Source of the DNA: Pseudomonadota bacterium | GTDB lineage: Bacteria; Desulfobacterota; QYQD01 | Length of the DNA stretch: 49,446 nucleotides | Reading direction: 5' to 3' | Assembly: GCA_011046395.1 (NCBI GenBank) | Contig: DSAQ01000131.1 | Location: 1 to 49,446 of the forward strand | Shown here: positions 25,107 to 35,991 of the stretch, one piece after another | Layout of the letters: the number at the start of each line of letters is the position of its first letter | Position numbering within the stretch: the first letter of the stretch is position 1 | The notes under the pieces: generated by a model | The model's input: the letters and a program-made list of their open reading frames with translations, nothing else | What the model was told of the DNA's origin: nothing | The model's database searches: none | Program-made: the position numbers and the translations under genes

Positions 25107-26483
25107 TTATTGCCCGGACTTTACCCTGTCCAGGCCTAAGGCCTTCATCTTGCGGTGGAGGTGGCTTCTCTCCAGACCTATCTTTTCAGCCGTCTGGGAG
25201 ATATTGCCATCGTTTTCAGCCAGCTTATGCAGGATAAATTCGCGCTCGAAATGGGCCTTGGCATCCTTAAACGTCCCGAACGCAAACATATCGCCGGTCT
25301 TCTTTTCTACCGCTTTAGTCCCCCGTATCGAAGAAGGGACGTCCTTCTCTGTAATAAGTGCGCCCGGGGACATAATCACCAATCTTTCCACAACATTTCT
25401 CAACTCCCTGACATTCCCGGGCCAATGATAGGCAGCGAGCAATTGCAGGGCGCCATCGCTTATTTCTTTGCGCTTTAACCCGCCATCCGAAGCGAATTCA
25501 GACAAAAACTCCTTAACTAAAAGGGGGATATCGCTCAACCGCTCCCTTAGCGGAGGGACTTCGATCGGCACTACATTTAATCGGTGGTAAAGATCCTCAC
25601 GAAAATTCCCTTTTTTAATCTCTTCCTCAAGGTCCTTGTTAGATGCGGCGATGACCCGCACATCAACATTTATGGTCTTTGTCCCGCCTACCCGTTCGAA
25701 TTTTTGCTCCTGCAGGATGCGCAGTATCTTGGCCTGGGTCTTAAGACTCATATCGCCGATCTCATCTAAGAAGAGCGTGCCTTCGTTGGCCAGGTCAAAC
25801 TTGCCGCGCCTCATGTTGGTAGCGCCTGTAAAGGAGCCCTTCTCATGCCCGAAAAGCTCGCTTTCAATAAGTTCTTCAGGGATGGCTGCGCAGTTTACCT
25901 CGATCAGGGGCCGGGACGCTCGCTTGCTCTGCCTGTGTATGGCATGAGATACCAACTCCTTGCCTACCCCGTTTTCCCCCTTTATCAATACCCAGGCCGA
26001 AGTAGGCGCCACCAGGACAATCTGTCTCTTTAACTCCAGCATCGCCTCGCTTTGCCCGGTGAGTTCTGGTTTACGCCCTACCCGCTGGCGTAAAAGAAGG
26101 TTTTCCTCTTCTAACCGGCTGAAATCAAGCGTATTATTTATAGTTAGAACGACTTTTTCCAGGGAAAGCGGTTTTTCAATAAAATCATGCGCCCCCAGCT
26201 TGGTCGCCTTGACTGCCGTCTCCACCGTGCCATGGCCGGACATTATCACTACGGGGAGAAATGGGTAATCGAGTTTGATCCTTCTGAGCACTTCCAGCCC
26301 ATCTATGCCCGGAGGCATCCACACGTCTAAAAGCACTAAATCCGGCGCTGCCTCGCTTAGCCGGCCCAGGGCATCCTCGCCATTTTGCGCCCGGACAGGC
26401 TCAAATCCCTCGTCCTCCAGTATCCCGCCCAGGGAGTCCAGGATGCTTACCTCATCATCAACTATCAATATGCGTTTGGCCAT
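25107..26483 (-). CDS. ntrX: Sigma54-dependent response regulator (NtrX/NtrC family)
   Basis: REC domain (DD...D), AAA+ with GENGVGKE and GSFTGA, and a C-terminal Fis-type HTH ISQTAEKIGLERSHLHRKMK. Confidence 0.85.
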   Translation of the reverse strand: MAKRILIVDDEVSILDSLGGILEDEGFEPVRAQNGEDALGRLSEAAPDLVLLDVWMPPGIDGLEVLRRIKLDYPFLPVVIMSGHGTVETAVKATKLGAHDFIEKPLSLEKVVLTINNTLDFSRLEEENLLLRQRVGRKPELTGQSEAMLELKRQIVLVAPTSAWVLIKGENGVGKELVSHAIHRQSKRASRPLIEVNCAAIPEELIESELFGHEKGSFTGATNMRRGKFDLANEGTLFLDEIGDMSLKTQAKILRILQEQKFERVGGTKTINVDVRVIAASNKDLEEEIKKGNFREDLYHRLNVVPIEVPPLRERLSDIPLLVKEFLSEFASDGGLKRKEISDGALQLLAAYHWPGNVRELRNVVERLVIMSPGALITEKDVPSSIRGTKAVEKKTGDMFAFGTFKDAKAHFEREFILHKLAENDGNISQTAEKIGLERSHLHRKMKALGLDRVKSGQ

Positions 26484-26504
26484 ATCCCTAATCCATACTT
26501 CCTT

Positions 26505-28736
26505 TCATACCTGCAAGGGCAGTTCAATAACAAACCTGGCCCCATTGGGTTCATTGTCCTGCACCCTTATATAACCATTGTGATCCGAGATGATAGTGCT
26601 TACAATACTCAATCCCAGACCCGTCCCACCTTTCTTAGTTGAAAAATAAGGTTCAAATAGCCTCTCTCTGTCTCCGGGGGCGATACCCTTACCGGTATCA
26701 CTGACCTCAACCCGTACCATAGGCGGGTTAGAACTGTCATAGAAAAGCTCTAATTCGATTTTGCCATGATCCTCCATGGCGGCAATAGCATTATCAAAGA
26801 GATTGATCATGACCCGTTTGATCTGTTCGCGGTCAAAGTAAAATTGGGGAATAGGTTGATGCACCCTGGTGACAAAATCGATATCTTTATGACTATCTCG
26901 ATATAAGGTTATGCTTTCCTCAACAACGCCTTCTAAATTATTCAGGGCTGGATTTGTCGCCGGCAAGCGGGCAAAAAGCGAAAATTCATTGACCAGTCGT
27001 TTTAATTCCTCTACCTGGTTAATGATAGTCCTGGTACAATCATCGAGCACCTTACTATCATCGGCTAACTTCTCAATATATCTCTTGCGCAATCTCTGGG
27101 CAGATAATTGTATGGGCGTCAGAGGGTTCTTTACTTCATGTGCTATGCGCCTGGCCACTTCACGCCAGGCCGCCATCCGCTGGGCCTTTTCTAATTGAGT
27201 CAAGTCATCAAAGACAATGACCATACCAATATTGTTGCCGGCGTCATCCTTCAAAACAGTGGCATTAACGAGAAGAGAAAGGCTCCTGTCACCAGCCGTA
27301 ATTCGAACTGACTTTTGTACAGAACCCTTCTTGGCCCGCCGGGCTTCTTCCACCAGGGCATGAATTATAGCTAATTGCCCCGGTGTAGCCAATTCCTGAT
27401 AGGTCTTACCAATAACATCTCCGGGGTGTACTCCAAACAATTCCTCGGCAAATTTATTCATGGTGCTGATGCGGCCGTCATTATCAATGGAAACGACACC
27501 AGCCGCCACATTCCTCAAGATTATCTCCGTGTAGCGCCTCCTCTGTTCTAACTCCAGATAACTCTTCTGGAGTTCTTCACCGGCCCTTTCCAGCTCGGAG
27601 TGACTTCTCTTGAGGTCAGCAGTCATCTTGTTAAAAGAATTCACCAAGGTTCCGATCTCATCTTCTGACCGGACGTCAATAGTAAAGTTAAGGTCCCCTC
27701 CGGCAATGCGACGCGTCCCTTCGGCTAAATGCTGAATAGGGACGGTAATACCTCTGGCCAGGTAAAAGCCGAACCAGGTCGCGGAAAAAACGATGATCAG
27801 ACTGATGATCAAAAGAATAATAATTAAGCTGACCTTGATCGGATTTTTAAGGAGCTTTAACTGCTTATAATTTTCAATACCCCCGGCTATATTCTTCATC
27901 TTGTAGGTAAGACCGGCCGGGACAAAAATACCAACAGCCAGGACGCCGACGACATCATCCCCATCGGCAGACGAAAAAATAGGGTCAAATCCCCTCACTA
28001 AATCACCATCGCTGGAGGCAAAGGTATCGACAATACCCTTTTCGCCATTGAGACAGCGTCTTAATATTTTTGAGGGGATTTGTGCCAGTTCAAACATTCC
28101 GACACCCGGCCGTCGGTAACTGGTCAATTCTTCATACGAAGGGAGAATAACCTCCACAGTATCAAGGTAAAACTCTTCCGGCCTGGCCCGCAGATACCGG
28201 GAGAGTTCGCCCCGGGCCGCTTCAGACATCAATCCAGACCGGGTGATTTCTCTGCTCATTCTGTCGGCATGGGTAATTACATTTTTCTCGACCTGTTTAT
28301 AAAATGTCCGCCCTACCTCTAAAGAGTCCTCGAGAGACTTTTCTACGCGTACGTTAAACCAATAATCAATGCTCGTATTTATGAACTGCAATGAAATAAA
28401 AAAGAGGAAAGTGGTTGGTAGCAGGGCAAACAGAACAAAAGCCACAACCAGCCTGGTACGCAGCTTAGCTCCCAGTATGTTGTGACGCCGCTCAAAGATG
28501 AGCTTGACCACATTTCTTAGAACAAGAAAAATGAGGAGAAGAATTAGGATAAGGTTGATGTTTATGAGGGCAAAAAGGAGGATATTCCCGCCCAGAACCT
28601 TAGACGGAGAAAGATGTAAAACTTTGATACCCAGAAAGGCCAGCCCGATAATCAAGACCAGCGTAATCAGAATAATAAGCCTTTCCCGTTTCTGTCTTTT
28701 CCTTTCCTTGCTCTGAATATCCGGTGTTTCGGTCAT
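26505..28736 (-). CDS. ntrY: NtrY-like sensor histidine kinase (multi-TM, HAMP, PAS, HisKA, HATPase)
   Basis: The H-box IAHEVKNPLTPIQLSAQRL is the NtrY signature. Four or more N-terminal TM segments, a HAMP, and a PAS (ILRNVAAGVVSID). Confidence 0.82.
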   Translation of the reverse strand: MTETPDIQSKERKRQKRERLIILITLVLIIGLAFLGIKVLHLSPSKVLGGNILLFALININLILILLLIFLVLRNVVKLIFERRHNILGAKLRTRLVVAFVLFALLPTTFLFFISLQFINTSIDYWFNVRVEKSLEDSLEVGRTFYKQVEKNVITHADRMSREITRSGLMSEAARGELSRYLRARPEEFYLDTVEVILPSYEELTSYRRPGVGMFELAQIPSKILRRCLNGEKGIVDTFASSDGDLVRGFDPIFSSADGDDVVGVLAVGIFVPAGLTYKMKNIAGGIENYKQLKLLKNPIKVSLIIILLIISLIIVFSATWFGFYLARGITVPIQHLAEGTRRIAGGDLNFTIDVRSEDEIGTLVNSFNKMTADLKRSHSELERAGEELQKSYLELEQRRRYTEIILRNVAAGVVSIDNDGRISTMNKFAEELFGVHPGDVIGKTYQELATPGQLAIIHALVEEARRAKKGSVQKSVRITAGDRSLSLLVNATVLKDDAGNNIGMVIVFDDLTQLEKAQRMAAWREVARRIAHEVKNPLTPIQLSAQRLRKRYIEKLADDSKVLDDCTRTIINQVEELKRLVNEFSLFARLPATNPALNNLEGVVEESITLYRDSHKDIDFVTRVHQPIPQFYFDREQIKRVMINLFDNAIAAMEDHGKIELELFYDSSNPPMVRVEVSDTGKGIAPGDRERLFEPYFSTKKGGTGLGLSIVSTIISDHNGYIRVQDNEPNGARFVIELPLQV

Positions 28737-28740
28737 TATT

Positions 28741-29310
28741 TTAGTATTTAAACTCTACCCTATAATTATCTGTCTCCGAATCCCAAAAAGAAAACAAGGA
28801 TATTATATAATTAAATGCAGAGGAAGTAGGCTCTTTCTCAAGGACAGCCTTTATCTGGAGCTGATAGAGATTGTTTTGGGTAAGTTTCTTTAAGGTAATA
28901 ACCGGTACCCCGGTTATTTCGCTTACCGCTTGCTGGGCCTTTGCCACTTCCCTAAATCTAAGCTTCTTACCGTCCAAATCAACAAAGAACTCCTCCTTCA
29001 GCGCGTCATAGCGAATACTGTGCTCCATATCCAGCGAGGCCAAGAGAGAGTCCGGCCAGAGATGGTAGACCTGGTAAAGACGGATATTCAAGGTAAGCCT
29101 TATCGTAAGGCCGTTCATAAGAGCCTTCTTGGTGTCGCTATCGAAGCAGTTTCGAACGTTAAAAAAGGCCAACAGGTCATTGCTGGTGTTGTTTACAATG
29201 ACATCGGTTAACTTTATACCCTTGGCCTCCAGAGATGGCGTAAGAAACACAAATAGGGCCACAAAAATAACAAGAAGACGACACCAATTATAATGAATTG
29301 TTTTTCTCAT
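28741..29310 (-). CDS. DUF4390-like periplasmic protein
   Basis: 189-aa secreted ORF immediately upstream of ntrY. The position and size fit the DUF4390-NtrY-NtrX arrangement. Motif-level support is weak. Confidence 0.5.
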   Translation of the reverse strand: MRKTIHYNWCRLLVIFVALFVFLTPSLEAKGIKLTDVIVNNTSNDLLAFFNVRNCFDSDTKKALMNGLTIRLTLNIRLYQVYHLWPDSLLASLDMEHSIRYDALKEEFFVDLDGKKLRFREVAKAQQAVSEITGVPVITLKKLTQNNLYQLQIKAVLEKEPTSSAFNYIISLFSFWDSETDNYRVEFKY

Positions 29311-29443
29311 GCGTTATGAGGCAGAATCAGGTGTGTTTTGGGAAAATTTAACTAATAACATAGTGAATTGCAATAGCTTTTCATCTATCCGGTCTGATCC
29401 GGAGGGCCTATACCTAATTAGTGCTCATCTGAAAACCTCTATA

Positions 29444-29548
29444 TCCCCTCCCCCTTTGACGGGGGAGGGTTAGGGTGGGGGTGAAAAAGTGGGCAATTTC
29501 AGCTTATTCACCCTCCCCCTCGCCCCCTCCCGTCGAGGGAGGGGGGAA
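29444..29548. repeat. G/C-tract inverted repeat (two ~40-nt arms, each with its own hairpin)
   Basis: cccctccccctttgacgggggagggttagggtgggggtgaa ... ttcaccctccccctcgccccctcccgtcgagggaggggg. The arms are inverted copies. Lies downstream of hpt. Confidence 0.65.
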
Positions 29549-29576
29549 TCTTTGGTGGTTTCCGGATGGGAACGAA

Positions 29577-30098
29577 CTAGCTCATGGTAATGGAACAAAT
29601 ATCTGGCAGGTGACGATAATTCTCGTTGTAATCCAGGCCATACCCTACCAGGAAACCTCTTTCCAGTTCAAAGCCCACGTAGTCTATAACAATGGGTGTT
29701 TTTCGTCGCCCGGTCTTACTTATGAGAGCGCAAATCTTAATAGAACGCGGGTTATGAAGGGCTATTATGTCCTTAAAATAACTAAGCGTATGACCGGTAT
29801 CTATAATGTCTTCCACCACCAGAACATTTTTAGCGGTAAGAGGTAGCTCGATATCCTTGGTGAACATAACCTCGCCGGTGGATTCTGTTTTGGAGCCATA
29901 GCTGGCCAAACGTACAAAGTCAACCTGAACCGGAATATCCAGAAAACGTATCAAGTCAGCCATAAAAACAAAAGCTCCGTTTAATACACCGATTAATATC
30001 ACTTCACGGCCAGCATAGTCCCCGGAGATTTTTTCCCCTAGCTCTTTGACTCTATTCTGGATTACATCCCGGGGAAACACGAGCTTCTTCTCACACAT
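29577..30098 (-). CDS. hpt: Hypoxanthine phosphoribosyltransferase
   Basis: PRPP-binding motif VLVVEDIIDTGHTL and full-length Hpt similarity. Start ATG 30098 preferred (MCEKKLVF). Confidence 0.9.
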   Translation of the reverse strand: MCEKKLVFPRDVIQNRVKELGEKISGDYAGREVILIGVLNGAFVFMADLIRFLDIPVQVDFVRLASYGSKTESTGEVMFTKDIELPLTAKNVLVVEDIIDTGHTLSYFKDIIALHNPRSIKICALISKTGRRKTPIVIDYVGFELERGFLVGYGLDYNENYRHLPDICSITMS

Positions 30099-30263
30099 GT
30101 GATCTCCCTTTTTATAGACCAAATTCAGACGTTCAAGTTAGAACAAAGACGAACGGTTGTCAACTTATGCTTTATAGGGCTTGACAAGAGGAGAAACGAA
30201 CATTGACATTAAGCATCTGATTCTTTAAATTGATATATTCGAAACCATTAAGGAGTTAAGAAG

Positions 30264-31298
30264 CTGAGGCTACCCGTTATTGCTTTGACTATAGGTTGTC
30301 CGGTGGGAGTCGGTCCGGAAATTATTGCCCGTTCTCTGGCTGAACATAAAGTATATGGTTACTGCCAGCCTGTTGTGGTGGGGGACCGGGCTATCATGGA
30401 ACGAGCGGTTAAGACCACGGGCGTCTCTTTAGACATAAGAGTGATAAGGGATGCCGATATTGAGCAAATCGAGTGCTCCTTTCGACAGGGCGATCGACCT
30501 GAAAAAATCTTTCTACTTCCAGTTTCTAATCTGGATCCCGCACAGTGTGTTTATGGCCAGCCGACTGCCCAGACGGGCGCCGCTATGGTTAATTATATCC
30601 TGCGGGCTATTGAGCTGGCCCTCTCCGGCCGCGTCCAAGCTATAACCACCGCCCCGATTAATAAAGAGGCCATGCACATGGCAGGGTATGAATACCCGGG
30701 CCATACAGAGCTACTGGCGGAAAAAACAGGTGCGAGGCACTACGCCATGATGCTGGCGGGCGACAGGTTAAAAGTAGTGCCGGTAACCATCCATTTGCCC
30801 CTCCGGGACGTGGCGGCCCGGTTGACCCGGGCTAAGATTGTGGAAAAGTTGATAGTTACTGATTCGGCATTGCGCCGGTATTTTAGTCTAAAACAACCCC
30901 GGCTTGCCGTTTCTGCCTTGAATCCTCATGCCGGAGAAGGAGGCCTCTTTGGGGATGAGGAGGTTAGAATAATCGCTCCTGCTATTGATACCGCCAAGGG
31001 GTTGGGAATAGATGCTGTGGGGCCGTTTCCGGCTGACACTGTATTTTATAGGGCCAGTCAGGGAGAGTTCCCTGCCGTCATCGCCATGTATCATGATCAG
31101 GCCCTTATGCCTTTAAAACTATTGCATTTCAAAGACGGTGTAAACATAACCTTAGGTTTGCCTATTATTCGCACTTCTGTAGATCACGGAACGGCTTATG
31201 ATCTGGCGGGCGGTGGAAAGGCTGATCCATCCAGCCTCCTGGCCGCGCTCAGGTTAGCCGCCTATATGGCTACGCATCGGAAGGGACATGGTGTCTGA
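30264..31298 (+). CDS. pdxA: 4-hydroxythreonine-4-phosphate dehydrogenase PdxA (probable CTG start)
   Basis: [18 protein letters not shown] and [10 protein letters not shown] blocks. The ORF track starts at TTG 30285, but the conserved first beta-strand (LPVIALT) lies upstream, after CTG 30264 with AAGGAG 8 nt before it. Confidence 0.85.
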   Translation: MRLPVIALTIGCPVGVGPEIIARSLAEHKVYGYCQPVVVGDRAIMERAVKTTGVSLDIRVIRDADIEQIECSFRQGDRPEKIFLLPVSNLDPAQCVYGQPTAQTGAAMVNYILRAIELALSGRVQAITTAPINKEAMHMAGYEYPGHTELLAEKTGARHYAMMLAGDRLKVVPVTIHLPLRDVAARLTRAKIVEKLIVTDSALRRYFSLKQPRLAVSALNPHAGEGGLFGDEEVRIIAPAIDTAKGLGIDAVGPFPADTVFYRASQGEFPAVIAMYHDQALMPLKLLHFKDGVNITLGLPIIRTSVDHGTAYDLAGGGKADPSSLLAALRLAAYMATHRKGHGV

Positions 31299-31306
31299 GA
31301 ATAAAA

Positions 31307-34132
31307 ATGGCTTCTGAGAATATAGTCATAAGGGGCGCTAAGCAACATAATCTCAAGAACATAGACGTTACCATCCCCCGCCATAAACTCACCGTTATAA
31401 CGGGCTTAAGTGGTTCCGGTAAGTCCACCCTGGCCTTTGATACCATCTACGCCGAAGGGCAACGTCGTTATGTGGAATCTCTATCGGCTTATGCCCGGCA
31501 ATTTCTGGAGCAGATGGATAAACCGGATGTCGAATTCATTGAGGGCCTTTCTCCGGCTATTGCCATTGAGCAAAAGACACTCAGTAAAAATCCGCGCTCG
31601 ACGGTAGGTACCGTAACCGAAATTTATGACTATTTGCGTCTCCTTTTTGCCCGCATTGGCCGGCCTTTTTGTTACCAGTGCGGTCGCGAGATCCAAACTC
31701 AGACCATTGATCAAATGGTTGACGCCGTTATGCGGCTAGCAGAAGGAAGCCGGATAATAATCATGGCCCCGATAGTAGTACAGAAAAAGGGAGAGCATCA
31801 AAACGTCTGGCAGCGGCTCAGGAAAGAGGGCTTTATCCGGGCCAGGGTCGATGGCCAAATTTTAAGCTTAGAAGAAAGTCCAATCCTTGATAAGCACAAG
31901 CGGCACACTATTGAGGCGGTAATTGACCGTCTTATTATTCGGCCGGGCCTCGAGAGAAGGCTGGCCGATTCTATCGGACTTGCCACTATACTATCTGATG
32001 GTATAGCCTTGGTGCAGGTGAACGAAGAGGAGGAAATATTTTTTAGCCAGAAACAGGCCTGTATCTATTGTGGAATCAGCCTGCCGGAACTGACCCCGCA
32101 GCTTTTTTCTTTTAACAATCCCCGCGGGGCCTGTCCGGCCTGTGATGGACTGGGCACCCATCAATTTTTCGATCCTGATTTGATTATTCCCAACCCCAAT
32201 TTGTCGCTCCGTGAAGGTGCCATCGCTCCCTGGGCGCACCGGCACGGCGTTTATTTTATACAAATACTGGAATCAGTGTCCGGACATTATCACTTTGACA
32301 TCCACACCCCTTTCAAGGCCCTTCCAGATCAGGCCAAAAAAGTCTTACTTTATGGCTCTAACGGGGAGGAGATCTTATTCTCTTATGATAAGGACGGACG
32401 CCGTCACTTCTACAGACAACCATTCGAAGGGATAATCCCGCAGCTTGAACGTCGTTACCGTGAGACGTCCTCCCGGTCAGCCCGGGGGGAGATTGAGCAA
32501 TACATGAATGAACAACCCTGCCCGGCTTGTAAGGGCGCCAGGCTCCGGAAAGAGGCCCTTTCGGTACGGGTTGGTCCTTGGGCCATAGATCAGATGGTGA
32601 ATCTGAACATTAAAACGGCTATACAGATATTCGAACGTCTGCCGCTTACGGAAAAGGAATTCGGGATTGCCATGCGCATATTAAGAGAGATAAATAGTCG
32701 CCTGTCTTTTCTTCAAGAGGTAGGACTGGATTACCTGACCCTTAACCGGGCATCGGCTACCTTGTCCGGCGGCGAAGGCCAGCGCATCCGTCTGGCCACA
32801 CAAATCGGCTCGCAGATGGTGGGAGTCATTTACGTACTGGACGAGCCGAGTATCGGCCTGCATCAGCGCGATCACGCCCGGCTTCTGGCTACATTGAAAA
32901 GACTGCGGGATATGGGCAATACGGTACTTGTGGTTGAACACGATCCTGAAACGATTTGCTCTGCTGACTATATTATCGACATGGGGCCAGGCGCAGGCCA
33001 GCAAGGCGGCGAAGTGGTTTTTGCCGGGACGCCGGCAGAACTGCTACATGCCGGAGCCTCCCTTACCGGACAGTATTTATCCGGCCGGCAAGCCATTTTC
33101 ATACCGGCCAGGAGACGTACCTTGGCGCGCGGGTATATTACGGCGGTAGGGGCTTCTCAAAATAACTTGAGAAATATTACGGTAAAGATTCCCCTGGGGC
33201 AAATGGTGTGTGTCACCGGCGTATCCGGCTCAGGAAAGTCCACCCTGGTTATCGATACTTTGTACAAGGCACTGGCGCAGATGTTGTACCATTCGAAGGA
33301 AAGAGCGGGACGTGTAGAAAGGATTGATGGATTACAGTTTATAGACAAGGTTAGCGACCTGGATCAAAGCCCTATTGGGCGTACTCCGCGTTCCAATCCG
33401 GCTACTTACACCGGACTTTTTGCGCCGATACGTGATCTTTTTGCCCGTACACCAGAGGCCAGGGCACGGGGTTATAAGGCGGGGAGGTTTAGTTTTAATA
33501 TTAAAGGTGGCCGCTGTGAGGCCTGTGACGGCGACGGCCTGATTAAAATAGAGATGCATTTTTTGCCGGATGTGTATGTGACCTGTGAGAACTGCCGCGG
33601 TAAGCGTTATAACCGGGAGACCCTGGAGATAAGATATAAAGACAAAACCATAGCCGATGTCCTGGACATGACCGTGGACGAAGCCTATCTGTTTTTTCAG
33701 CATATACCGGCTATAAAGGCCAGGTTGAAGGTGCTGCGTGAAGTTGGTCTGGGCTATGTTCACCTTGGGCAGTCAGCAACCACACTTTCCGGTGGTGAGG
33801 CCCAGCGGGTCAAGTTGGCCAGGGAACTATCCGGGCGTAGCACCGGACGGACCCTCTATATCCTGGACGAACCTACAACCGGATTACATCCGGCAGACGT
33901 ACACAAGCTGCTTGAGGTGCTTAATAGACTGGTCGAAGCGGGTAATACGGTGGTTATTATTGAGCACAATATGGACGTGATCAAGACGGCTGATTATATC
34001 ATTGATCTGGGACCGGAAGGCGGTGACGAAGGCGGCCGGGTGGTAGGCTCCGGCACTCCAGAAGAGATTTCCCGCCTGAAGCGGTCATATACCGGCCAGT
34101 TTTTACGAAAGGTGTTAGCTTCTGTTAGATAG
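31307..34132 (+). CDS. uvrA: Excinuclease ABC subunit A
   Basis: 941 aa. Two ABC ATPase modules ([18 protein letters not shown]; LSGGE twice) and zinc-finger Cys clusters. Confidence 0.97.
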   Translation: MASENIVIRGAKQHNLKNIDVTIPRHKLTVITGLSGSGKSTLAFDTIYAEGQRRYVESLSAYARQFLEQMDKPDVEFIEGLSPAIAIEQKTLSKNPRSTVGTVTEIYDYLRLLFARIGRPFCYQCGREIQTQTIDQMVDAVMRLAEGSRIIIMAPIVVQKKGEHQNVWQRLRKEGFIRARVDGQILSLEESPILDKHKRHTIEAVIDRLIIRPGLERRLADSIGLATILSDGIALVQVNEEEEIFFSQKQACIYCGISLPELTPQLFSFNNPRGACPACDGLGTHQFFDPDLIIPNPNLSLREGAIAPWAHRHGVYFIQILESVSGHYHFDIHTPFKALPDQAKKVLLYGSNGEEILFSYDKDGRRHFYRQPFEGIIPQLERRYRETSSRSARGEIEQYMNEQPCPACKGARLRKEALSVRVGPWAIDQMVNLNIKTAIQIFERLPLTEKEFGIAMRILREINSRLSFLQEVGLDYLTLNRASATLSGGEGQRIRLATQIGSQMVGVIYVLDEPSIGLHQRDHARLLATLKRLRDMGNTVLVVEHDPETICSADYIIDMGPGAGQQGGEVVFAGTPAELLHAGASLTGQYLSGRQAIFIPARRRTLARGYITAVGASQNNLRNITVKIPLGQMVCVTGVSGSGKSTLVIDTLYKALAQMLYHSKERAGRVERIDGLQFIDKVSDLDQSPIGRTPRSNPATYTGLFAPIRDLFARTPEARARGYKAGRFSFNIKGGRCEACDGDGLIKIEMHFLPDVYVTCENCRGKRYNRETLEIRYKDKTIADVLDMTVDEAYLFFQHIPAIKARLKVLREVGLGYVHLGQSATTLSGGEAQRVKLARELSGRSTGRTLYILDEPTTGLHPADVHKLLEVLNRLVEAGNTVVIIEHNMDVIKTADYIIDLGPEGGDEGGRVVGSGTPEEISRLKRSYTGQFLRKVLASVR

Positions 34133-34747
34133 ATAATAAGATAATGAGTCTAATCTTAAAGTAAAATCAACATATTCAACAACAACATCTCCAGGTACCC
34201 GGAGGATAACGGGGGCAAAGTTTAAAATCCCTTTTACCCCAGCCTCAATAGCCAGTTCAACGACTTGTTGCGCCCGGCCAGCCGGTGTAGTTATAACGCC
34301 GATCTCGAAAGGTTCTCGGCTCACGACTTCGGTAATATCTTTCATATCCGAGATCTCTAATCCAGACCTTAACGTCTGTCCTATCTTGCCAGGATCGACG
34401 TCAAAAGCAGCAACGAACCGGTATCCCTGGTTAATAAAATTTGGATAGTGGAGCAATGCCTGGCCTAGATTTCCCACGCCAAAAAGGCCAAGCCGCCATT
34501 CTTTTTCCAGACCCAGGATGTTTTTTATATGCTGCAATAAATGCCCTGTATAATAACCTACTCCTCTTACACCAAACTCACCAAAGTATGCCAGATCTTT
34601 ACGCAACTGAGCCGAGTTAACACCGCACTCGGCGGCCAGTTTCTCTGATGATACGACCTCCAGTCCCTCTTTTGACAATAGGCTTAATTTCCGGCTGTAC
34701 CTGGACAGTCTGTAAATGGTGGCAGGTGGAATCTTTATATATTTCAT
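34115..34747 (-). CDS. rex: Redox-sensing transcriptional repressor Rex
   Basis: N-terminal winged helix (TIYRLSRYSRKL, LRKDLAYFGEFGVRGVGY) and a Rossmann fold with GVGNLG. Confidence 0.93.
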   Translation of the reverse strand: MKYIKIPPATIYRLSRYSRKLSLLSKEGLEVVSSEKLAAECGVNSAQLRKDLAYFGEFGVRGVGYYTGHLLQHIKNILGLEKEWRLGLFGVGNLGQALLHYPNFINQGYRFVAAFDVDPGKIGQTLRSGLEISDMKDITEVVSREPFEIGVITTPAGRAQQVVELAIEAGVKGILNFAPVILRVPGDVVVEYVDFTLRLDSLSYYLSNRS

Positions 34748-34781
34748 GCGCGAGTCTAACTCCAGGGCATTATTTTATTAG

Positions 34782-34826
34782 AAAAAAAACCGGGGCTGTA
34801 AATTCCTTATTACAACCCCGGTTTTT
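34782..34826 (-). terminator. Rho-independent terminator after atpE
   Basis: Hairpin aaccggggttgtaataaggaatttacagccccggtt followed by tttttttt on the minus strand. Confidence 0.75.
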
Positions 34827-34842
34827 AGCGAAAAGATAATCT

Positions 34843-35211
34843 TTAGGACAAGCCCATGAACGCCAACACCTTGCTAGTCGCCGGGTTAGCAAAGAGCATG
34901 ATCAGACAAACGACCAGAGCGTAAATAACCAGAGACTCGATCAATGCCAAACCGATAATCAAGGTAACCGTGATCTTACCGGAAGCCTCAGGGTTGCGGG
35001 CGATCCCTTCAACTGCATTCTTAATGGACATACCCTGGCCCAGTGCGCCACCAAAAGCGGCAACGGCTATACAGCCACCACAGGCCAGAACGGTCATAAC
35101 AAAGAAATCCAGACCTGCCGCCTTACTATCAGCGGCCTCCTGCCCGAAGGCCAGCGAGGCCATGCCCATTGTAAGGACCACGAGTAAAGATACTAATAGT
35201 GCCTTTTTCAT
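34843..35211 (-). CDS. atpE: F0 ATP synthase subunit c with signal-peptide-like N-terminal extension
   Basis: Helix 1 [22 protein letters not shown] and helix 2 [18 protein letters not shown]. An extra ~35 aa, [25 protein letters not shown]. Strong SD AAGGGGGG before ATG 35211. Confidence 0.9.
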   Translation of the reverse strand: MKKALLVSLLVVLTMGMASLAFGQEAADSKAAGLDFFVMTVLACGGCIAVAAFGGALGQGMSIKNAVEGIARNPEASGKITVTLIIGLALIESLVIYALVVCLIMLFANPATSKVLAFMGLS

Positions 35212-35274
35212 CTCTAATATCCCCCCTTTCTATGTAAGAGTTTATATACTGCCTTCTTCCAAAAGGTTGTCATT

Positions 35275-35988
35275 TTAATGAGCGTGTTCCATGGCCCCTG
35301 TAAAATAGAGTATGGACAAGAGCACAAAAACAAAGGCCTGCACAAAGCTGACAAATACACCCAGGGCCATTATTGGTAACGGCCCCAAAAACGCACCTGC
35401 CAACAGGAAGAGTAGTCCGAGCAAGACTTCTTTAGCCATGATATTACCGAAGAGCCGGATGGATAGCGACAGGATACGTGCAAAGTGTCCAATGAGTTCA
35501 ATAGGGAACATGAGTGGGGCTAGCCAACTAACAGGTCCCATAAAATGTTTGATATACTTTAGCCCGTGGAATTTAACCCCTAAGATATGAGTGGTTATGA
35601 ATACAAGAAGGGCCATTGATAGGGTCGTATTTAGATTGGCAGTTGGGGACATAAAACCGGGGAAGAGCCCGATAAGATTAGCTATGAAGATGTAAATTCC
35701 CAACGTAGCAATCATAGGAAGCATTAACCTTGCCCCTTTTTCACCCATATTCTCAGCCGCAAAGCCTTCTATGCCGGAAACTACAGCCTCCAAAAAATTT
35801 TGCCCTTTGCCAGGGATCATTTGGATCTTCCCGACTAAGAGCTTAGTAGAAATGATTAAGAAGATCATGACGAACCAGGCATTTGTTACATGTGGTGCGA
35901 TTATCTTGGGCAATAGGCCAGGCCCACCATGCACTGGCAGATTAAAGAGCCCCAGTAAAAGATTAATAAACAGGATTGGATGTTCCAT
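35275..35988 (-). CDS. atpB: F0 ATP synthase subunit a
   Basis: Conserved LSLSIRLFGNIMAKE (essential Arg) and a multi-TM topology. Confidence 0.92.
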   Translation of the reverse strand: MEHPILFINLLLGLFNLPVHGGPGLLPKIIAPHVTNAWFVMIFLIISTKLLVGKIQMIPGKGQNFLEAVVSGIEGFAAENMGEKGARLMLPMIATLGIYIFIANLIGLFPGFMSPTANLNTTLSMALLVFITTHILGVKFHGLKYIKHFMGPVSWLAPLMFPIELIGHFARILSLSIRLFGNIMAKEVLLGLLFLLAGAFLGPLPIMALGVFVSFVQAFVFVLLSILYFTGAMEHAH

Positions 35989-35991
35989 GGG

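Noticed and set aside
29475-29846. 123-aa plus-strand ORF starting in the G-rich inverted repeat
   Set aside because: It begins inside a repeat (translating to SPSPPPVEGGG) and runs antisense through hpt. No supporting signals.
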